From: Polyangiales bacterium
Lineage (GTDB): Bacteria; Myxococcota_A; Polyangia; Polyangiales; Polyangiaceae
Assembly: GCA_038230375.1 (NCBI GenBank)
Contig: JBBRNJ010000017.1
Location: 57,501-121,500 of the forward strand
DNA length: 64,000 nt
Direction of reading: 5' to 3'
In this document: piece by piece, positions 10,098-19,932 of the stretch
How positions within the stretch are numbered: the first letter of the stretch is position 1
Layout: each line of letters starts with the position of its first letter
Position numbers and translations under genes: made by a program
The notes under the pieces: generated by a model
Told to the model about the DNA's origin: nothing
Database searches by the model: none
Seen by the model: the letters and a program-made list of their open reading frames with translations, nothing else

Positions 10098-11657
10098 ATG
10101 AAGCTCGCCCATCTATCCATCCCGCTCGCCCTCATCGCCGGCCTCAGCTCGCCCGGCTGCAGCGGCGGCACGCCGATTCGCGTCGACACCCTCCGCCTCC
10201 AGGTCGATCTGGCGCCCACGGCGAAGATCGGCTTGCGCACGGCCAGGCTGCCAATCTCGCTCTCGTCCGCGCTCGACTTCCCCGTGACGGTGACCGCGCT
10301 GCTCCCGGACGGCACCGTCGACACGACCTTCAACGGCGAGGTGCGCCTCTCCGTGAAGCCGGGCAGCGTGCAGGCCGTCAGCGGTCCCAACAGCGAAGGT
10401 CGCAACGTCAAGCTGGTGAACGGCGTCGCCACGGGCGTGGTCGTGAGCCTGCTAGGCGCCTTCGGCGACGCACGCATCCTTGCAGACGACCTGGGCTACC
10501 TCCCCGCTGACCCGCTGCGCAAGCCGCCTCCGCAGTGCTCGAACGGCCTCGACGACGACGGCGACGGCCTGATCGATTTCCCGGCTGACCCCGGCTGTGC
10601 GTTCGGAAACGACGACACGGAAACCGGCGGCACCTACTCGGCCGGCGCGAGCAGCGCGATTCACTTCAACTACCCGCGCATCTCGGACGTGCGCGGCCTT
10701 CCGCTCGGCGGCGGCTCGACCGCATATCCGAACCAGCAGGTGCAGATGAACACCGGCTGGAACACGGACGACCCGGCGAAGTGCCCCAAGGGGAAGTTCC
10801 CGTGCTTCGTGTTCAACTCCGTCGTGACGCGCATCGCAGGTGATGGCTTCTACGCCACCGACGTCGACGCACAGGCGGCCACTGGGTACTCCAGCGTGTT
10901 CGCATACAACTTCAGCCCGCCCCCCGACATGCGCGTGTGCGACCGCCTCAAGTCGTTCGGCGGCACCTCCTCCGACTTCTTCGGCTTCACCGAGATCAAC
11001 TACCCCACCTGGGAGCTCGATCAGTGGGATCCAAACGTGCGCCCATGTGGTGTGCCGGAGCCGCACCTGCTGGATGTCTTCGAGATCAGCGACACCGTCA
11101 CGCTGCTCAAGAACACGGCAGCACTGGTCCGCGTGCAGACATCGCCGCTGCTGGACGTCCACGTCACATCGAAGTTCGGTCCGGGCACACCCAAGTGCAA
11201 TCTCATCGACGCCGTGAAGGACATCTGGACCTGCGAGATTGGCGCCGACGCGACCAACTGCGATCTCAACAAGGACGGCAAGGTCGACTTCGGAAAGAAC
11301 CCCGAGAAGACCTGCGCGGCCACGTGCTCCGCCGACATGGCGAAGGAGTGCACGGAGTTCTCCGACTACCTCGGGCGCGGAAATTTTCTCCTCGTGCTCA
11401 AGGACCTGAACAACGTGGTCAGCGTGGTTGCGGCAAACGGACTTGCTGCGAACAACTTCGACGCTCATGCACTGAAGGGCAAGCCCATCGGCGCCTTCAC
11501 GGGCACCCTCCGCTACTTCTCGGGCGGCTCGCAGTTCACGATCGAGGCCCGCTGCGACGCGGACATCGTCACCGACCCCTCGAAGAAGCCGCTGCCCTCC
11601 GACCAGGCCTGCGTGTTCCCTCGCGCCTTCAACGACTCCAATGACACGTCTCACTGA
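10098..11657 (+). CDS. Uncharacterised Cys-rich lipoprotein with a Ca-binding-like loop
   Basis: Signal peptide ending SPGC; CSNGLDDDGDGLIDFPADPGC; CDLNKDGKVD. Strong codon bias; 7 bp after the nucleotidase. Confidence 0.75.
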   Translation: MKLAHLSIPLALIAGLSSPGCSGGTPIRVDTLRLQVDLAPTAKIGLRTARLPISLSSALDFPVTVTALLPDGTVDTTFNGEVRLSVKPGSVQAVSGPNSEGRNVKLVNGVATGVVVSLLGAFGDARILADDLGYLPADPLRKPPPQCSNGLDDDGDGLIDFPADPGCAFGNDDTETGGTYSAGASSAIHFNYPRISDVRGLPLGGGSTAYPNQQVQMNTGWNTDDPAKCPKGKFPCFVFNSVVTRIAGDGFYATDVDAQAATGYSSVFAYNFSPPPDMRVCDRLKSFGGTSSDFFGFTEINYPTWELDQWDPNVRPCGVPEPHLLDVFEISDTVTLLKNTAALVRVQTSPLLDVHVTSKFGPGTPKCNLIDAVKDIWTCEIGADATNCDLNKDGKVDFGKNPEKTCAATCSADMAKECTEFSDYLGRGNFLLVLKDLNNVVSVVAANGLAANNFDAHALKGKPIGAFTGTLRYFSGGSQFTIEARCDADIVTDPSKKPLPSDQACVFPRAFNDSNDTSH

Positions 11658-11679
11658 CATCGTGCTCCCAAGGTCCCCC

Positions 11680-13500
11680 ATGCGACGCCTCTCAGCCACA
11701 GCCGCCATCCTCCCCACTCTCCTTCTCCTCGCGGGCAGCGCGCACGCGCAGACCTCAGATCCGAAGGGCGCAGATCCCAAGAGCTCTGATCCCAAGGCTG
11801 GTGCTGGTGCCAGTGTCAGCGCGGGCACCGACGTGCAGGCCGGTGGCGACGTCAAACCTGGGGATCCGAAGCCCGGCGACACGAAGCCGGCAGAGGGCAC
11901 AGACCCGAACGCAGGGCCGCAGCCCACGCCCGCGGTCGATCAGGGCACGGCCGGCGCGCGGACCGCAGGCATGCTCCCTTCGGACGTGAACTTCGGCAAC
12001 TTCATGGACACGCGTCTCACGTGGACGTTCGGCGACGACGACTTCCTCCACAAGACAGGCGAGCTCGTGCCGCTGTCCCCGACCTTCAGCATCGGCGACC
12101 GCTCGCAGTACCGCCTGTTCTTCGACAACCTGAACTCCCGCTTCGCCGGCCGCGAGAACCTCACGCACCTCGTGATGTACAAACGCATGCCCGCGTTCAT
12201 CGACAAGCTCACGACCGAGGCCGCCATGGTGCTGCGCTTCGATCTCGCGGCGCTCGCCTCGAACAGCGGCAACTTGAACCAGTCGCTCAACGACTCTGGC
12301 TCGTACATCCGCCTGTTCTACCAGGTGGGCGCGAACGAGCGCAGCGGCCTCTCCGCGACGTTCTTCCCGCTCGACACGGATCGCTTCCGCCTCGGCTACC
12401 TCTACGACATCACGTGGGGCGGCACCGCGCAGTCGATCAACCAGTCGATTTTCCCGCGCATCCAGGGCAGCTCGCCCGGCATGAAGGTCCAGTACGACTT
12501 CGCCGACAAGTTCTACGGCTTCCTCGGCTTCAAGACGGCGACGATCGTCCAGCCCGAGACGGTCATCCAGAGCGTCGGCACGCTGACCAACACCGAGACC
12601 GTGCGCGTTGGCGAGACCAACTACGGATTCCTTGGCGGCTTCGGCGTGGACCCGGTGAAGAACTTCCGCTTCGACGTGGGCGGCGGCTACTTCCAGCAGG
12701 GCAAGTTCGACCTGGACGACGTCCGCGGCAAGCCGGTCTACACGTACGGCGGCTCCACGCGCATCGTCGTGCACGACAACATGCCCGTGCCGCAGTCGGT
12801 CGACTTCTTGCTCTACAAGAACGACCCGATGAAGCCGATGCTCCTCTTCAAGCCCGAGGTCTACAACCCCGGCACCGTGGCGTGGAGCGTCTCCGCAGAA
12901 GGCTCGCTGCTCGAGCAGCACCTGAAGGACTTCGACACCGCAGGCGCAACCAAGGACCAGGCCGCATATGCCGCCGCGATCCAGGGCGTCGTGAAGGCCG
13001 GCTTCTTCCGCGTCAGCGCGACGGGCATCTACCGCAACCTGAACTTCGTCGTCCGCAGCGTCCCGGGCTTCATCCCGTTCGAGACCTTGCCCAAGTCGGC
13101 CAAGACCGACGGAGAGCTCTTCGGCGCGCTCGCAGCGGACTACTACATCCAGTCGCTGCGGCTCACCCCGGGCCTCGGCGGCGGCGTGCAGCTCCCGTCC
13201 ACGTTCCGGAGTGAGTTCACGGACGGCGGCGTCCAGGCAGAGCGCACCATCGTGGTCCGCCAGCAGGGCGACGAGTCGATCCTCCCGTACAATGCGGGCC
13301 GCAGCGCCATCGTGCAGATGCGCGCGAACGTCAAGTGGGACATCTCGCCGATGCTCGCCGCGGTGGTCTGGGCGCAGTTCGTCCGCGACAACAACGGCAC
13401 GCTCGTCGTGACCGACCCCACGCAGGGCAGCTCCGGTCTCCGCGTCTTCCAGGACCCGAACCGCTTCGGGATCGGAACCTCGCTGCAGGCTCGCTTCTAG
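11680..13500 (+). CDS. Putative outer-membrane beta-barrel protein (start 11641 or 11680)
   Basis: Signal peptide (SAHA-Q), low-complexity tether, alternating amphipathic strands, C-terminal GTSLQARF with terminal Phe. Confidence 0.7.
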   Translation: MRRLSATAAILPTLLLLAGSAHAQTSDPKGADPKSSDPKAGAGASVSAGTDVQAGGDVKPGDPKPGDTKPAEGTDPNAGPQPTPAVDQGTAGARTAGMLPSDVNFGNFMDTRLTWTFGDDDFLHKTGELVPLSPTFSIGDRSQYRLFFDNLNSRFAGRENLTHLVMYKRMPAFIDKLTTEAAMVLRFDLAALASNSGNLNQSLNDSGSYIRLFYQVGANERSGLSATFFPLDTDRFRLGYLYDITWGGTAQSINQSIFPRIQGSSPGMKVQYDFADKFYGFLGFKTATIVQPETVIQSVGTLTNTETVRVGETNYGFLGGFGVDPVKNFRFDVGGGYFQQGKFDLDDVRGKPVYTYGGSTRIVVHDNMPVPQSVDFLLYKNDPMKPMLLFKPEVYNPGTVAWSVSAEGSLLEQHLKDFDTAGATKDQAAYAAAIQGVVKAGFFRVSATGIYRNLNFVVRSVPGFIPFETLPKSAKTDGELFGALAADYYIQSLRLTPGLGGGVQLPSTFRSEFTDGGVQAERTIVVRQQGDESILPYNAGRSAIVQMRANVKWDISPMLAAVVWAQFVRDNNGTLVVTDPTQGSSGLRVFQDPNRFGIGTSLQARF

Positions 13501-13531
13501 TCTCCTGTCTTGCCGCTGAAGGTCCGGGGAC

Positions 13532-14344
13532 TCAGGCCGTAGCGCCGCCGGGGCTGCCCACGGTCTCTTTCCACATGCCATCGGGTGAGAGCTCGAAGAT
13601 GCTCTCACCCCACGAGGCGCCTTCGGACTCGCGCAGGATGATCTCGGGCACGCCGTCCGCGTTCATGTCGAACACCGCGACGGGTCGATAGCAGAACGCG
13701 CCGAACGTGGTGACCCTGGAGCGCTCGCGCGTGAGCACGGTCCACCCCGAGCTGCGCCGCGGATCGTAGCGCGCAATGAGATAACCTGCGTTGCTGGTCC
13801 CGACCGCGAAGTGTCCGCGACCCGGCACGTCGAAGAACCGCGTTCGCGTTGGGATCGCCGTGCACTGGCTCGGGATCAGCGTTGCGCGAACGCTGGTGTC
13901 GGGGATCTGCTTCGCGACGAGCGCGTCGAACGACGAGCGCTCGATGCGCGTCGGCATCCACTCCGCGGACGGCGGGGATTGCCACACGGAGTCCGCTGAG
14001 ACGAGGACTGACACGCGATCGGTGCGTGCCTTCGGCGTGAAGGAGAGCTCGGCGCAGCCCGTCACGTCGTAGTCGTCTTTTGCGGATGCCACGCGCGTGG
14101 AGACGATCTGTCCCCATGCGTCGAGCGCGCGCCACTTCGAGCCGAGCTTCGCCCAGCGTGCAGGGCTTCCACAACGACCGCGCGCTGCGGGCTCCACTGC
14201 CTCGTGAATCCTGCCGCCGACAACCTCTGCGAGCGGCACGTGCGGATCCGCCGCCAGGAACCACGCCGTGGCTGCGGGCCGATGCGCTGCGAATGCAAGG
14301 ACCAGAGCAAGGCTCGCGGGAAGCATCGCCACCACGCTACCCAC
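13532..14344 (-). CDS. Hypothetical exported protein with a DxNxDG (FG-GAP-like) loop
   Basis: Hydrophobic N-terminus; FDMNADGVPEII; fills the gap between flanking genes. Confidence 0.6.
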   Translation of the reverse strand: MGSVVAMLPASLALVLAFAAHRPAATAWFLAADPHVPLAEVVGGRIHEAVEPAARGRCGSPARWAKLGSKWRALDAWGQIVSTRVASAKDDYDVTGCAELSFTPKARTDRVSVLVSADSVWQSPPSAEWMPTRIERSSFDALVAKQIPDTSVRATLIPSQCTAIPTRTRFFDVPGRGHFAVGTSNAGYLIARYDPRRSSGWTVLTRERSRVTTFGAFCYRPVAVFDMNADGVPEIILRESEGASWGESIFELSPDGMWKETVGSPGGATA

Positions 14345-14416
14345 GTGGGTCCCACCGGCCCAGTTTTGGGCGGCGCCAATTGCCGCGAGCCGGGACGCTC
14401 GGCGGCCCTTGTGACG

Positions 14417-16453
14417 CTAGTTCACTGACTTCAGGTCGATCGGGAGGTGCGGCTCTGACGGCGTCGCGATCGAGGTGAGGGGCGAGGTGAGGGACGAGGT
14501 CACGGACGAGGTCAGGGTCGAGGTCGCGGGCGCGGCCGAGGTCAACGCCGGGGGGGTTGCCGCCGTTGCCGCCGTTGCCGCCGTCGCCGTCCTGGGCTCC
14601 GAGAACGACGGTGTGTAGCTTGGCACCAGCTCCTTGATTGCTTCGCGGATGGCTGAGGAATTTCCGGCCTCTGCTACGCGCATCAGCTGCTTCAACATCC
14701 TCGCTAGATCCGCTGGTGGCGCTGGACTCCTTGCGACGAAGATCTTCTTTCGGACGGAGTGCGTCTGCTCCTCGGCCTCGGTCATGAGGGTCTCGAAGAG
14801 CTTCTCGCCGGGGCGAAGGCCGGTGAACTTGATCTGGATGTCGTTGCCGGCCGCGCCGCCGGCCATCGTGATCATGTGCGCCGCCAGGTCCGCGATGCGG
14901 ATCGGCTCGCCCATGTCTAGGACGCACAGCTCGCCGTAGCCGCCGAGGCCAGCGATGAGCACCAAGCCGACAGCCTCCGAGATCGTCATGAAGTAGCGCG
15001 TGCAGTCCGGGTGCGTGACCGTCAGCGGTCCGCCACGCGCGATCTGCGACTTGAACAACGGAACCACGCTGCCGGCGCTTCCGAGCACGTTGCCGAAGCG
15101 CACTGCAGTGAACGATGTCTTGGAGCGCTGCGCGACGTGGCGGATGACGAGCTCCGCCACGCGCTTGCTTGCGCCCATCACGCTGGTGGGCGCGACGGCC
15201 TTGTCCGTGGAGATGAGCACGAAGCGCTGCGCGCCAACGGCGTCCGCCATCTCCGCCATGTTGAGCGTGCCGAACACGTTGTTCTTCACGGCCTCCGCGG
15301 GCGATGTCTCCATGAGCGGGACATGCTTGTGCGCGGCGGCGTGGAAGACGTAGAGCGGCTTGTGCGCGTGGCCGATCCGCACCAGCGTCTGCGCCTCACG
15401 GATGTCGGCGATGACAGCGTGGACCTTCACGTCGGGGAAGTCGACCTCGAGATCGCGCTGCAGGAAGTAGAGGCCGTTCTCGTTGATGTCGAGGAGGACG
15501 AGCTCGCGTGCGCCGTACTTCGCGACCTGCCGGACGATCTCGGAGCCGATGGACCCCGCCGCGCCGCTGACGAGCACGCACGCGCCGCGGAGAGTCTTGA
15601 AGTCCTCTGCTTCGAAGACGTGCGGATCGCGCGGGAGCAGGTCCTCCGGGCTCACGTCGTGCAGCATGGACGCGGTGAGGCGGTCGCCGAGCGTGGTGAT
15701 CGACTCGGGCACGATCTTCAGGCTCACGTTGAGCGAGCGGCACAATTCCAGGATGGACTTCACGCGCGCGGCGGGGAGGTTCGCGATGGCGATGAGGACC
15801 TTGGCGACCTCGCGCTTCTTGACGATCTGCGGGAGCTCCTCGATCCGCCCGAGCACCGGCTTGCCGCCGATCTGCATGCCGAGCTTGGCCTTGTCGTCAT
15901 CGAGGAATCCGATGACGTGATAGTCGTGGCCAGCTGCCCGTGACAGCTCACGAAGGAGCAGGTCGCCAGCGAGCCCGGCGCCGATGATGATGGTCTTCAG
16001 CGACGTCTGGCTGCGCGCGCGTTGCTGCTCCGAGTACCAGCCAAGGACGTAGCGCGGCGCGAAGCGCACGGTCGCCATGAGGGCCGCGGAGGAGAAAAAT
16101 TCCAGCGCGAACACCGAGCGCGGAAGCCCGGCACGGCGGAAGAAGAAGACGCCGAAGCCAAGAACCACGGTGCCCGTGATGGTCACGAGCACCATGCGCA
16201 CGGCCTCGTTGAAGCCGGCCATGCGGAAGGACCAGCGGTGCACACCGGCAGCGCACGACAGAGCCGCGCGGAGCGCGATGAGAAACGGCAGGGTGCGCCA
16301 GAACGCGTGCTCGTACGTGGCGGGGACGTTGCCCTCGAACCGAAGCTGGAACGCCACCCAGAGGGAGAGAGTGACGAGCAGAGCGTCGGCGCTGAGAAGC
16401 GCGACGATCCTGAGAGGACCCGAGTCGAACCATCGTCGGGGGCGGATCGCCAT
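14417..16453 (-). CDS. Membrane-bound UDP-GlcNAc 4,6-dehydratase (CapD/PglF/WbpM family)
   Basis: About four N-terminal TM helices; GAAGSIGSE, HAAAHKHVP, STDKAV, SVMGASKR, RFGNVLGS, RPGEKL. Confidence 0.92.
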   Translation of the reverse strand: MAIRPRRWFDSGPLRIVALLSADALLVTLSLWVAFQLRFEGNVPATYEHAFWRTLPFLIALRAALSCAAGVHRWSFRMAGFNEAVRMVLVTITGTVVLGFGVFFFRRAGLPRSVFALEFFSSAALMATVRFAPRYVLGWYSEQQRARSQTSLKTIIIGAGLAGDLLLRELSRAAGHDYHVIGFLDDDKAKLGMQIGGKPVLGRIEELPQIVKKREVAKVLIAIANLPAARVKSILELCRSLNVSLKIVPESITTLGDRLTASMLHDVSPEDLLPRDPHVFEAEDFKTLRGACVLVSGAAGSIGSEIVRQVAKYGARELVLLDINENGLYFLQRDLEVDFPDVKVHAVIADIREAQTLVRIGHAHKPLYVFHAAAHKHVPLMETSPAEAVKNNVFGTLNMAEMADAVGAQRFVLISTDKAVAPTSVMGASKRVAELVIRHVAQRSKTSFTAVRFGNVLGSAGSVVPLFKSQIARGGPLTVTHPDCTRYFMTISEAVGLVLIAGLGGYGELCVLDMGEPIRIADLAAHMITMAGGAAGNDIQIKFTGLRPGEKLFETLMTEAEEQTHSVRKKIFVARSPAPPADLARMLKQLMRVAEAGNSSAIREAIKELVPSYTPSFSEPRTATAATAATAATPPALTSAAPATSTLTSSVTSSLTSPLTSIATPSEPHLPIDLKSVN
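14472..14590. repeat. Degenerate tandem repeats (5 x 12 bp GAGGTSRSGGNC, then 9-bp GCCGTTGCC units) encoding a Thr/Ser/Ala-rich C-terminal tail
   Basis: gaggtgaggggc gaggtgagggac gaggtcacggac gaggtcagggtc gaggtcgcgggc; gccgttgcc repeats. Confidence 0.7.
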
Positions 16454-16455
16454 TC

Positions 16456-17718
16456 CTAACCCGCCCTCTTCTGGCCGCGCTGTTCCTCGCCGTGTCGCGC
16501 CCTTGCGACCGCACGGGGGGCGGCTCGGACAACATCGATCACGCGCGTCTGGTCTGCATCCGTCAGGCTGCTGGAGCTGGGAAGACAGATGCCGTTCGCG
16601 AAGAGCTCTTCTGCGACGGCGCGCTCTCCCGCACGAATGTGCTCGGCAGAGGCGAACACCGGCTGCATGTGCATCGGCTTCCAGACGGGCCGCGACTCGA
16701 TGTTCTCTTCGGTGAGCGCGGCGATGAGTTGATCGCGGCTGGCGCCGAAGCGTGTGCCGTCCACCTGGAAGCAGCTGAGCCAGTTGGTGTGGAGCCCGAA
16801 CGCGGCCTGCGGCATGAGGGCGATGCCGGGCACACCCGCGAAGGCGTCTCGATAGCGGAACGCCACGGCGCGGCGCTGACGCACGCGCTCGTCGATGGCG
16901 GTGAGCTGCCCACGGCCGATACCCGCGAGCACGTTGCTGAGCCGGTAATTGTAGCCGATATCGACGTGGTGATAGGCGAGCCCCGGCTCGCGCGCCTGCG
17001 TGGACCAGTAGCGCGCCTTGTCGACCCAGTCCTTGCGACGGCTGACGAGCATGCCGCCGCCGGTGGTCGTGATCAGCTTGTTTCCGTTGAACGAGAAGAT
17101 GCTGACGTCACCGAAGGTTCCCACGCGACGGCCCTTGTAAAGCGTGCCCACGGCCTCAGCGGCGTCCTCGATGAGGGCGACGCCGTGCTTGGTGCAGGCC
17201 GCGAGGATGGGATCGAGGTCGGCGCTCTGCCCGTAGAGGTGGACGATGACGACGGCGCGCGGGAGCTTGCCGCGGGCCGCGCGTTCGTCCAGGAACGATG
17301 CAAGGAGCACCGGATCCATGTTCCAGCTCTCGTGGTCGCTGTCGATGAACACGGGCGTGGCGCCGAGATAGGCGACGGGATTGATGGTGGCGGCGAACGT
17401 CAGATCGGAGCACACGACCTCGTCGCCGGGCCCCACGCCCACGAGCTTCAGCGCCAGATGCAGCGCCGCCGTCCCGCTGGCGAGAGCGACGCACGAGAGA
17501 GCGAGCTCGGAGCCGAGATGAGCGGAGAATTCGCTCTCGAACGCCTCCAGGTTGGGCCCGATGGTGGACAGCCAGTTCGTTGCGAACGCCTCGCGGACGT
17601 AGCCCTCCTCGAGGCCGCACATGTGGGGAACCGACAGGAAGATGCGCGGGCGGGTCATGGGATGCGGGTGTTGCAACGCGAGGGTCCCGGTGTCCGATGC
17701 GTCAGCACCGCGGGTCAT
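16456..17718 (-). CDS. DegT/DnrJ/EryC1 aminotransferase (PglE/EpsN-like)
   Basis: SGTAALHLA, EDAAEA, SFNGNKLITT (PLP Lys), GYNYRLSN, ESRPVWKPMH. Confidence 0.92.
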   Translation of the reverse strand: MTRGADASDTGTLALQHPHPMTRPRIFLSVPHMCGLEEGYVREAFATNWLSTIGPNLEAFESEFSAHLGSELALSCVALASGTAALHLALKLVGVGPGDEVVCSDLTFAATINPVAYLGATPVFIDSDHESWNMDPVLLASFLDERAARGKLPRAVVIVHLYGQSADLDPILAACTKHGVALIEDAAEAVGTLYKGRRVGTFGDVSIFSFNGNKLITTTGGGMLVSRRKDWVDKARYWSTQAREPGLAYHHVDIGYNYRLSNVLAGIGRGQLTAIDERVRQRRAVAFRYRDAFAGVPGIALMPQAAFGLHTNWLSCFQVDGTRFGASRDQLIAALTEENIESRPVWKPMHMQPVFASAEHIRAGERAVAEELFANGICLPSSSSLTDADQTRVIDVVRAAPRAVARARHGEEQRGQKRAG

Positions 17719-17731
17719 TCACGAGCGGCGG

Positions 17732-17759
17732 AGCTTAGTCCATGAAGGGGGTCTGTCAA
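17732..17759 (-). promoter_or_regulatory. Sigma70-type promoter for the aminotransferase-dehydratase pair
   Basis: Minus strand TTGACA-16 bp-TAAGCT, 13 nt before the ATG at 17718. Confidence 0.7.
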
Positions 17760-17870
17760 TGCGACGGGCCCCCGAAATCCTGCCTCTTTCGTGTGTTTTT
17801 CGAGATACCTCTGTCAGCTTCCGTGGCCAGGTTGGGCGGGCGCGTGCTACCTAAAACTCCATCTAACAGG

Positions 17871-19217
17871 ATGAGGACGAATCGGTCCGTTCGGACGCCC
17901 ACCTCCACCCTGGCGCTCTTCGCCTGTCTGGCCTGCCTGGCCCAGGTCCCCGCCTGCGCGGACGAGCCCCAGATCCCAGTTCGGACCGCGAACGACGCCA
18001 AGCCTCGTCGGCCGCCTCTCAAGGTCGACGACGAGAAGGACAAGGTCCCCGAAGCCGCTCCCCTGCTCGAGGACGACGCATCCTTCGTGGCAGACCTGCA
18101 CAAGATGCCGGAGCTGCGCGCGGTCATGGCGGATCCCGAGAAGTATCGCGCGGAGATCCTCCTGACAGAGGTGCGGCCGCCCAGACATCGCGACGGCAGA
18201 CCCGAGCTCGTTCGCCATGCGTTCCGCGTGGACCGCGAGTACTTCTACCCTGCGAGCGCGATCAAGCTCACGGCGGCGGTCGCTGGCCTGGAGGCGCTGG
18301 CAGAGCGTGGACGCGCGCGCGGCCGCACGTATGCGCCCGACTGCGCGATGAAGATCTTCGATGCGACCGCAGGCGCGTACGAGGAGAAGGACATCACTGA
18401 CTACGTCACGGGCCACCTCAACATCGCGCACGAGCTGAAGAAGATGCTCGTCATCTCCGACAACGAGGCGTTCAACAGGATGTACGCGTTCGTCGGCCAC
18501 CGCGAGATGAACACGCGCATGTGGAAGCTCGGGCTGGCGTCGGTGCGCATCCGGCACAGGCTCGGCAACAACGTGAAGGACCTGGACGATCCGACGATCA
18601 CGCCGGAGGTCATCATCGTTCCGGGAGACGGCGGAGCGGAGCTGATGACACCCGAGCGCGCGAGCAACCTGATGCTCTTCGCAGTCCGTGATGCCGGCAC
18701 CAAGGTGGGCCGAGGGCACATGGAAGGCAACGTCGCCATGCAGGGGCCCATGGATTTCTCGGAGAAGAACCGCATCGGCATCCGCGATCTCCAGCGGCTC
18801 CTCACGAAGATCGTTCTGCCGGAGGCGGAGGACGCGCTCCCGGACTACGACGACGATGGGCGCGCGTTGCTCCTGTCGCTGCTCTCGATGCTGCCATCGC
18901 AGTCACGGCTCACCGGCTTCGACACCAGCCTGGACGAGCTCCAGCGGCTCTCCTACCCCGGCGTGAACCGCGTGGTCTCCGCGAACGGCAAGGTCAAGCT
19001 CTACGGAAAATCCGGGCGCGCGTACGGGTTCTCGGTGGAGAACTCCTTCGCGTACGATCCCGACACCAGGCGTGGCTTCTTCCTCACGGCCACGCTCTAC
19101 ACGAACGAAGGCGCCATCGTGGGCTCCGACCACTACGAATACGCCGAGATCGCGAACCCATTCTTCGCGGCGCTCGGCGAGTACGGCGCGAAGCGGGCCT
19201 TCAAGACCAGCCGCTGA
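17871..19217 (+). CDS. Serine hydrolase, class A beta-lactamase/PBP-like fold, probably exported
   Basis: SxxK (PASAIK), SDN, KSG; hydrophobic N-terminus with Cys. Confidence 0.8.
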   Translation: MRTNRSVRTPTSTLALFACLACLAQVPACADEPQIPVRTANDAKPRRPPLKVDDEKDKVPEAAPLLEDDASFVADLHKMPELRAVMADPEKYRAEILLTEVRPPRHRDGRPELVRHAFRVDREYFYPASAIKLTAAVAGLEALAERGRARGRTYAPDCAMKIFDATAGAYEEKDITDYVTGHLNIAHELKKMLVISDNEAFNRMYAFVGHREMNTRMWKLGLASVRIRHRLGNNVKDLDDPTITPEVIIVPGDGGAELMTPERASNLMLFAVRDAGTKVGRGHMEGNVAMQGPMDFSEKNRIGIRDLQRLLTKIVLPEAEDALPDYDDDGRALLLSLLSMLPSQSRLTGFDTSLDELQRLSYPGVNRVVSANGKVKLYGKSGRAYGFSVENSFAYDPDTRRGFFLTATLYTNEGAIVGSDHYEYAEIANPFFAALGEYGAKRAFKTSR

Positions 19218-19270
19218 GCCTCTGCTCTCCAGCGGGCAGGGGGAACGGGCATGCGGGAAAAACTCCGGGC

Positions 19271-19298
19271 TTGACCCCTGGGGGGTGCCGCCTATACT
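19271..19298 (+). promoter_or_regulatory. Sigma70-type promoter of rpsO
   Basis: TTGACC-16 bp-TATACT. Confidence 0.75.
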
Positions 19299-19410
19299 GC
19301 GCGGCCGCTGAGGGAAGGACGGTCCTTCCTCGAAGCACCTCCTAGGCTGATCGCGGATCTCCTTCTTTTCAAGGGTTTCTGTGCCAGCCCGAACCGCGGA
19401 AAGCATTTCC

Positions 19411-19680
19411 ATGCCGCTTTTGTCCGACAAGAAGAACGAGCTGATCAACAAGTTCCGCACCCACGAGTCCGATACGGGCTCGCCCGAGGTGCAGGTCGCT
19501 CTCATCACCGAGCGCATCACGTACCTCACGGAGCACTTCAAGACGCACGCGAAGGACCACCACTCGCGCCGCGGTCTGCACCGCCTGGTCACCAAGCGCC
19601 GCAGCCTCCTCAAGTACCTGAAGAAGGTCAGCCTGGACCGGTACCGCAAGACGGTGCTGGCCTTGAACCTCCGCAAGTAA
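19411..19680 (+). CDS. rpsO: 30S ribosomal protein S15
   Basis: [22 protein letters not shown]; directly upstream of pnp. Confidence 0.98.
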   Translation: MPLLSDKKNELINKFRTHESDTGSPEVQVALITERITYLTEHFKTHAKDHHSRRGLHRLVTKRRSLLKYLKKVSLDRYRKTVLALNLRK

Positions 19681-19689
19681 CGAACCCCC

Positions 19690-19723
19690 AACGGGACGGT
19701 CTTCTGACTGTCCCGTTTTTCTT
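19690..19723 (+). terminator. Intrinsic terminator after rpsO
   Basis: AACGGGACGGTC-ttct-GACTGTCCCGTT followed by TTTCTT. Confidence 0.85.
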
Positions 19724-19932
19724 GGTCGGCTTTCGTGTCGGCTTCCGTCCTGTCACCGCTTACTTTTTTTCTATCCCGGTCTCGTTCTCTTCGTTCGCCT
19801 TGCTCTTCGTTTTGCGCCCACGACCTCCACCTTCTGGAGCGTCGTGGGCGGAAACCGAGGAACCAAGGCACAGCACGAGACTGGCGTCATCGCCGCACGT
19901 AGCGGCGCACTCGCGCGAAGGAGCGCACGCAC

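Noticed and set aside
14472..14590. Short repeats as a CRISPR array (also 23183-23236, 27505-27580, 48770-48811)
   Set aside because: In-frame coding repeats without unique spacers; no cas genes.
17871..19217. Bona fide antibiotic-resistance beta-lactamase
   Set aside because: The fold motifs are present, but the protein is much longer than class A enzymes and no clear omega-loop Glu could be identified.
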